From Gracilinanus agilis (taxonomy: Eukaryota), in the NCBI RefSeq assembly GCF_016433145.1, contig NC_058131.1, positions 601,381,775 through 601,445,774 on the forward strand: a stretch of 64,000 nucleotides of DNA, read 5' to 3'. Position 1 is the first letter of the stretch, and each line of letters starts with the position of its first letter. The position numbers were made by a program, and so were the translations under genes. The notes beneath the pieces are model-generated. The model was not told the origin of the DNA, searched no databases, and was given only the letters and a program-made list of their open reading frames with translations. This document shows positions 56,590-64,000 of the stretch, piece by piece.

Positions 56590-59150
56590 TGTTTTATCTT
56601 TATTTATTTTAATAACATTTCTACATAAGTTTTCCAAAGTTATATGATTCATGTTGTCTCCCTCCCTTCTTCCCTCCTCCTTCCCTCCCTCCTCCCTCCC
56701 AAAGTTGATAAGCAATTCATTCTGGGTTATACATGTATTATACAGCAAAACATTTCTATATTATCCATTTTTGTAAGTAAATAATCTTATAAAACCAAAA
56801 TCCCAAGTCATACACTCAAATAAACAAGTGATAAATCATATGTTTTCATTTGCATTTCTACTCCAATGGTTCTTTCTCTAGAGGCAGATAGCATTCTTTT
56901 CCATAAGTCCCTCAGAATTGTCCTGGATTATTTTATGATATTAGTAACAAAGTCTGTCTCATTTTATTGTTTCACAATATTTCAGTTACTGTGTATAATG
57001 TTCTCCTGGTTCTGCTCATTTCAGTCTGCATTAGATCACATAGCTATTTCCAGTTCTTTCCAAAATCATCCTGTTCATAATTCCTTATAGTACAATAGTA
57101 TTCCATCATCATCATGTACCACATTTTGTTCACCATTCCCCAATTGAATATCCCTTTCATTTCCAATTCTTTGCTGCCACAAAAAGAGCAGTAATAAATA
57201 TTTTTGTACAAAAAGGTTCTTTCCCATTTTTAAAAAAATCTCTTTGGGATACAGTCCTAGTAGTGGTATTGCTGGATCAAAAGGTATGCATTCTTTTATA
57301 ATCCTTTAGGCGTAATTCCAAACTGCTCTCTAGAATGTTGAATCAATTCACAACTCTACCAGCAATGCATTAGTGTCCCAATTTTGCAATATTCCCTCCA
57401 ACAATTTTTTTCCTTTACTGTCATATTGGCCAATCTGATAGATGTAAGGTGGTGCCTCAAAGTTGTTTTAATTTGCATTTCTCTAATTAGGAAGGATTTA
57501 GAACATTTTTTCATATGATTATTGATGGCTTTCGTTTCTTCATCTGAAAACTGCCTATTTATATCCTTTGACCATTTATCAATTAGGGAATGACTTGGAT
57601 TCTTATAAATTTGACTTAATTCTTTATGTACTTGAGAGATGAGACCTTTATCAGAGGACTTTTTAATAAAAATTTTTTTCCCAGTTTACTTCCTTTCTAA
57701 TCTTGGTTGCATTGGCTTTGTTTGTACAAAACCTTTTAAATTTAATATAATCAAGATTATTCATTTTACATCTTGCAGTGTTCTCTATCTCATTTGGTCA
57801 TAAATTCTTCCTTTCTACATAGATCTGGCAAATAAACAATTCTATGTTTCTCTTTACTTATAATATCAGTCTTTGTGTTTAAAGCATATACTCCTTTTGA
57901 CCTTATCTTGGTATAGGTGTGAGATATTGATCTAAACCTGATTTTTGCCATATTGTTTTCCAATTTTCCCAGCAGTTTTTGTCAAATAGTGAGTTACCAC
58001 AAAAGCTGGGATCTTTAGGTTTATCAAACACTAGATTGCTAAGGTCATTTACCCCTAGTCTATTCCATTAATCCTTCTATTTCTTAGCCTGTACCAAATT
58101 ACTTTGATGATTACTGCTTTATAGTACAGTTTTAAGGTCTGGTACTGCTGCTAGGTCACCATCCTTCATATTTTTTTCATTAGTTCCCTTGGTATTCTTG
58201 ACCTTTTGTTCTTTCGGATGAATTATTTTTTCTAGTTCTGTAGTTATTTCATAGTTTGATAGGTATGGCACTGAATAAGTAAATTAATTGAGGTTGGATT
58301 GTCATTTTTATTATATTAGCTCAGCCATCCATGAGCAATTAATGTTTTTCCAATTGTTTAGATATAATTTTGTGTGAAAAGTATTTTGTAATTGTGGTCA
58401 TATAATTCCTACATTTGTCTTGGCAAAGAGATTCCCAAATATTTTATATTGTCTAGTGATTTTAAATGGAGTCTCTTTCTAATTCTTGTTGCTGAGTTTT
58501 GTTGGAAATATATAAAAATGTTGATTTATGTGGATTTATTTTGCATCCTGCAACTTTGCTAAAGTTATTATTTCAACTAGTTTAGTTGATTTTCTAGGAT
58601 ACTCCAAGTATACTATCATATCATCTGCAAAGAGTGATAGTTTTGTTTCCTCATTGCCTACTTTAATTCCTTCAATTTCTTTTCTTCTCTAATTGCTAAA
58701 GCTAACATTGAGTACAATATTAAATAATAGTGGTGATGATAGGTATCCTTGCTTCACTCCTGATTTTATTGGGAAGCCTTCTAACTTATCCCCATTGCAG
58801 ATGATACTTGCTGGTGGTCTTAAATAAATACTTAAAAATACTTTCCTTATTTTAAGGGAAAACCCATTTCTATGCTTTTCTATTGTTTTCAATAGGAATG
58901 GGTGTTGTGCTTTATTCAAAGGCTTTTTCTGCATCTATTGAGATAATCATGTGATTTTTAAAAATTTTTGATCTAGTTTTTCATTATTGACATAGTCAAT
59001 TATGCTGATGGTTTTCCTAATATTAAACCAGCCTTGCATTCCTGGTATAAATCACATCTGGTCAGAGTGAATAATCCCTTATGATAGTCTCTTTGCTGGT
59101 ATTTTATTTAAGTTTTTGCATCTATGTCCATTAAGGAGATTGGTCTATAA
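56590..59150 (-). mobile_element. 5'-truncated L1 (3' UTR plus ORF2 reverse transcriptase), degenerate
   Basis: ORF 58689-58934 (-) AQHPFLLKT...IICNGDKLEGFPIKSGVKQGYLSSPLLFNIVL matches the L1 RT; L1 3' UTR text at 56590-57300. Confidence 0.93.
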
Positions 59151-59864
59151 GTTATTGAAATTAAAAAAAAAGTTTACAGACCTCAGATTAAGAACTCCTG
59201 TCTTAATATAACATGTACAATATGCATTCCTTATTCCGTTGCATTTTAATAATGTTTTAGTATATTTTGGTTTGGCTCAAAAATTACAACCTAACAAAAA
59301 TTAAAGCAAATTCCTTAAAAAGCATATTCCCCAAAGAAAGTTAAGCAAGGATGTGTCAACTTTCCACTTTTATAGTTTACCTAACAAGGGATGTAGGTTT
59401 TAAATCTGATATTTGGTACCAACATCATTGGTTGCCTTTACACATAGCTTTGCTGGCTGAGTAGGACTAGGTTCAAATTTCATCTCTGACCATGATTAGC
59501 TGAGTAGCCTCCAATAAGTTGTTGACATTTGCCGTGGTGGAAGAAGTTCCCCAAACTGAAGATCATGAAGTCACTCTGTATATTTTTCCTTTGGCTTTTC
59601 TTTCTTTACTCTGTATCATTTGATATAAGTATTCCCATGTTTTTCTGTAATCTTTATAGCCATTCTTCCTTATAATGCAGTAATATTACATGACATGCAT
59701 ATGCCACAGTTTCTTGGATGGCAATAGTGGGATTCAAACCCAAAGAGACTGCAGCCTTTAATTCAGCACCTTAAGACTATGGCAATATTTAGTTAGAAGA
59801 TGGAGGATTGAGTTCTAGGAATAACTAAGAATATTTCTGACTGAAATACAAACGTCTAGGAACA

Positions 59865-60095
59865 CCTAAGAGGTGCAGTGGTTAGATCATTGGGTCTGGA
59901 GGCAGGAACAGTTGAGATCAAATCAGGCCTTATATAACCAGCTGTGTGATCCTGGGCAAGTCACTTAACCCTGTTTGCCACAGTTTCCTCATCTATCAAA
60001 TGAGCTGGAGAAGAAAATGGCAAACCAATCCACTCTTTACCGAGAAAAACTTTAATGGGCTTGAGAAGAGTCAGACAGGCCTGAACCATCACCAT
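59865..60095 (+). mobile_element. MAR1 SINE
   Basis: gtgatcctgggcaagtcacttaaccctgtttgcc...gagctggagaagaaaatggcaaacc. Confidence 0.85.
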
Positions 60096-60119
60096 AATCA
60101 AGAGTGTTCCTATGAAATA

Positions 60120-61330
60120 AGGCGGGTAAGGTAGGTAGGAGTCAGAGTGTGAAAGACCTCAAGTACTTAGATGAGATTTTATTTTGTATTAGAGGCAGTG
60201 GGAAACCAGTGAAAATTTTTGAGCATGAGAGTGTCATGGCACCTTCTTCCTCAGGCAATTTTGGTTACTACGAGAGTAGAAAAACTGGAAACTAGAAGAT
60301 CGATTACATTGATGCCAATTCAAGAGAGAAGTTATGAGTGTCTGAATTAGAGTGGCACATGAGTGGACCTAAAGGGATAGATGAGTGCTGATAAAGAGGT
60401 AGAAATGACAAGATTTGACCACTTGTTTTATGGAGGATACTAGTAAGAGAGAAGAAACAATGACTCAGAGGTTATCAACCTGAATCATTAGTAGAAAGAT
60501 GGTAGAAATAATTTTTTGGCAATTGTTATCAGACATTTTGCCATTCAGTTCCTCTCCTTACTTCTTCCCCCTTTTCAAGAGGTAACTAGTCTGATAATGT
60601 TATACCAGTCCTGTCATGAAATATTTCCAAATCCCTCATGCCGGGAAAGAAGACACATATCACACATACAATTAAAAAAAAAACTCATTTAGGAAACAAA
60701 GTGAAAAATGGCATGCTTTGATCTTCAATCAGACTCCAACAGTTCCTTCTTTGACTGTGGATAGCATTTTTCATCATGAGTCCTGGGGTTTATCTTGGAA
60801 AATAAGAGTTTAGTCTTTCACAGTTGATCATTGTACATTTCTGTTACTCTAAAATATTCTAGGAGGAATTGTTCCACCAACAGATGATGCATAGGAGGAG
60901 TACAAGAGATTACAGTTGCGTGTAGAGATTTGTATTGTGATGACACTTAAATTTATGGGAGTAGATTAATCCAAACCCACGTTACTAGGTACATATTATG
61001 TGTAAGAAGAAGGGATGCTAAGACAAATGGAAAAATAGTCCCTGGCCTCAAGAAGCTTATATTTTGGGGAGCTATAAAATGTAAAGAGATGAATTGGAGA
61101 ATGCTATGAAGAGTTATTGGCCAGTTTCCTCATTAAGCAGATAAATACATAAAAGTTAGAGAAGAGTGACCCCTAGGGAGATAACAAAACATTCTTCATC
61201 AGTGGTGGCACCTGAACTGAGCCTTGAAGGAAGTTAGAGATTCTAGAAGATAGAAATGAAGAAGTACATTCCGGGTTGGGGAGGGGAGGGGGACGACGAC
61301 TGCTTGCTTGTACGAGGCTAGATCTGGCCC
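60120..61330 (-). mobile_element. L2 fragments with an L1 3' fragment (~60500-60870)
   Basis: Reverse-oriented L2 and L1 3' text; boundaries approximate. Confidence 0.55.
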
Positions 61331-61559
61331 TGGAAAAATGACCATTCTACGACAGCAGGAGGTGGGGAATGACCCCTCGGAGAAGACGGAGGAATGGTGG
61401 GGAAAAAAAGAGCTGGGAGAAAGCTGTGTTCTAGAACCGAGGGAAGCAGTGGAGACAGCTATCATTTTAAAGTGGGTTTCCTAAGAAAACTCCAATATGG
61501 CAGCACTTTCATTAAGAGGGTTCTCTTCCTCCACCGCCACCACCGGGGAAAAAAAGCCA

Positions 61560-62330
61560 GTGTGGAGAGTATCCAAGAGTGCGGTCTCTTTCAGGTCCAC
61601 ACAAATCTCCCGCCCTCGCTAGACGCTTTTTTCCGGTTCCCATAATCCCTACGGGACTGCCCCCTCGGCCCCACCTCGGCTTCGGCACTCGCACCCCTGT
61701 ATATCCTAGATGACTTCGGTCTTTCCGTGTGCACGTCACATTTCTCTTGGGACAGGCTGGGCTTTGCTTCTCTGGGACACCATGGGGTGCTGATGGGAGT
61801 CACGCGCGGCAGGGAGGGTGCCCTGACCCCGCAACAGCCCAGTTCGGGGCCGGCCTCCGGGGCGTGGGGGGGCGCTGTGCTCGGCGAGGACCGCCTCCAG
61901 CGGGGACCGCACCTAGCCGGAGGTCTCCGCGATGAGCTCCGATGTGGCCCTGCTGCTAGAGGCGGTCGACTTCGCCGCCAGGAAGCACAGCAAGCAGCGG
62001 CGGAAGGACCCGGAGAAGACACCGTACATCAATCACCCAATCGGTGGGTCCCGGATCGGGGCGGCGCCGCCGCTTCGGCCAGCTCAGCTTCGGCCTGACC
62101 TCTGTCTGCTCTGCTTTGCCCTGCAGGTGTGGCTCGCATCTTAACCCAAGAAGCAGAAGTTACGGACCTCCCAGTACTGCAGGTAACGGGGGCCCGGGGA
62201 AGGGGGAGGGGAGGCATTGCTCCCCTCGCCGCGGTCCCTAGCTCCCCAGAGTGCCTGCCCAGCAGAAGCGGGGGTTGCCCCTCGGCACAGCCACGTTTGT
62301 TCTTGTATCTCCAGGCCGCCTTGCTGCACG
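61560..62330 (+). promoter_or_regulatory. HDDC3 CpG-island promoter
   Basis: CpG-dense; ETS ttccgg ~61631, ZNF143-like ttcccataatcc ~61637, cacgtca ~61732. Confidence 0.8.
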
Positions 62331-63046
62331 ATACTGTGGAAGACACGGATACTACTTTAGAGGAGGTGGAGAAATATTTTGGGGCAGAGGTGAGAAACAT
62401 CGTGGAAGAAGTGACAGATAACAAAGCACTATCCAAGCTAGAGCGAAAGCAGCTGCAGGTGAAGAACGCTGCACACAGCAGCCGGCAGGCCAAGCTGGTG
62501 AAACTTGCAGATAAACTGTACAATCTTCGAGACTTGAAGCGGTGCACCCCAGTCGGTAAATATATTCAGGAGACATATGGGTCAGAGAGGGACAGAAAAC
62601 CCCTTCTGTGGGCACAGGCCAGTCACTTGACCAAGGAAAAGATTTTATTAATTTAATTGGCATTTCAAGTAGGGTTCTAACTTGACACAACATACTTTGT
62701 GTCTCCTTGACCTCTTATTGAAAAAAGTCATCCAAGGAGAGAGGTTCTTTTTAACAAGAATTGTAGCATTTTGGGATGACCATATATATCTGTGCCCTTA
62801 TTACTTTATGCCATGGCCTACACCAGTCCTTCCATGGATATGAATGGCCTGGTGCAAAACCACATTTAACTAATTACTTATGGTCATGAAAACAACTCTT
62901 TCTATCACTCTGCAGGATGGTCTGAGCAGAGGGTTCAGGAGTACTTTGAGTGGGCAGCACAAGTGGTAAAGGGCCTTCAGGGCACAAGTCCCCAAATGGA
63001 AGAGGCACTGCAGCAACTCTTCCAAGAACGAGGCCTGTCACTGTGA
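61932..63046 (+). CDS. HDDC3: HD-domain protein MESH1, (p)ppGpp hydrolase / NADPH phosphatase (179 aa)
   Basis: Exons 61932-62043, 62127-62182, 62315-62555, 62916-63046 (540 nt). HSKQRRKD, TPYINHP, AALLHDTVEDT, LVKLADKLYNLRDL; same length as human. Confidence 0.98.
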
Positions 63047-63393
63047 GCAGCAGGGGGGAAACCAGAAATGCTGTCAAGAGTTTGGCCTAATTTAGGTCAA
63101 GAAGAGGATTCACCAATCAATTCTGAAATTTGTGTTTTGGGTTTGTTTTTATAATTTTGAAACCCATCTCAAAGCATATTGGTTCCTTTGATAAAAAAAT
63201 TTACAAACGGGGAGATTCTTGCATTCTTCATGCTCCTCGAGTTAAATACTGATTTGTGGAAATCAGAATGCCTTTTATCCTTTATAATGTACAGTGATCT
63301 TGGAGATTGCACTCAGGTTCCCTTTGCTTCTTTCTAAATTGGGTTCACTGATAATAGTGGTGACATAAAAACTTTTTTTTGATTTACAAATTC

Positions 63394-63399
63394 AATAAA
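63394..63399 (+). terminator. HDDC3 poly(A) signal AATAAA
   Basis: First AATAAA ~350 bp after the stop. Confidence 0.65.
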
Positions 63400-64000
63400 A
63401 ATTAAAAAGGCCTGCAGAAATACTTATAATCTTTCCATACAGATGTACTTCCTGTTCATTGAAAGGGAATATGATATAGATTATAGAGGAAGGAGCCCTG
63501 GGTTTATAGGCAGAGGGCTTCATTTTGAACCTTAGTTGCCAGTACTTGTGGGAGTTTAGACAACCATTTAATGTCTCTGTCTTAATTTTTCATCTATAAA
63601 ATGAAAGAATTGGACAAAATTAAATCTTAGCCCATTTCCAGCCTTTTTTTTTCTGTTGCCAATTTTTTAAGTTGGATTAGTCAGAAAAGGATAGTTAGCA
63701 TTTAAAGGCAGTTAAATTAACTTTTCATCTGGTCTAATCAAGACCTTCTGGAATCATTTTCACTTTGCCCTGTATAAAATTTTGACTCAGCAACCACGGA
63801 TATTTATGGACTTGCCATCAAACTGCAGACTGTTTACCTCAGAGCCATTCCTAGCCTTCCTCCCTGTGAGAGAGGGAAGCCCCAAATTTTTGCAAATTGA
63901 ATCAACCAACAGGTAGCACCCAGCCATGCTGGGAAGAGATACCTAGATGAATAAAAGTCTGTCCTCCAAAAAAGTTAATGATTCTAGTGATTGCCATAGG

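Noticed and set aside
62029-62547. 172-aa antisense ORF over HDDC3
   Set aside because: Shadow ORF of the sense CDS plus a GC-rich intron; not UNC45A-like

Overview
Eukaryotic (marsupial, most likely didelphid opossum) genomic DNA, judged from SINE1_Mdo-like, MAR1, MIR, L2 and marsupial L1 repeats. Six spliced or single-exon protein genes were reconstructed by hand from GT-AG junctions and frame continuity: SEMA4B (+, exons 2-14, exon 1 lies upstream of the window), CIB1 (-), GDPGP1 (+), an intact TTLL13 (+), NGRN (+) and HDDC3/MESH1 (+). Gene identities rest on similarity to human/mouse proteins recalled from memory, with no database search. The main oddities are: (1) a phase-matched splice route that would fuse full-length TTLL13 in frame to NGRN exons 2-3; (2) NGRN's conserved C-terminal motif cut off by multiple frameshifts; (3) NGRN directly followed by HDDC3, without the VPS33B-PRC1-RCCD1-UNC45A block found there in mouse; (4) a UUG-initiated, perfect-Kozak overlapping uORF on the inferred GDPGP1 leader; (5) an in-frame Ala/Arg-rich N-terminal extension of TTLL13; (6) an LTR-borne array of four perfect 5' splice sites that could make a poison exon. 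All functional readings are inferences that need RNA-seq, Ribo-seq or comparative data. No rRNA, tRNA or CRISPR array was seen. Most short ORFs in the track are repeat-derived or GC-rich noise.
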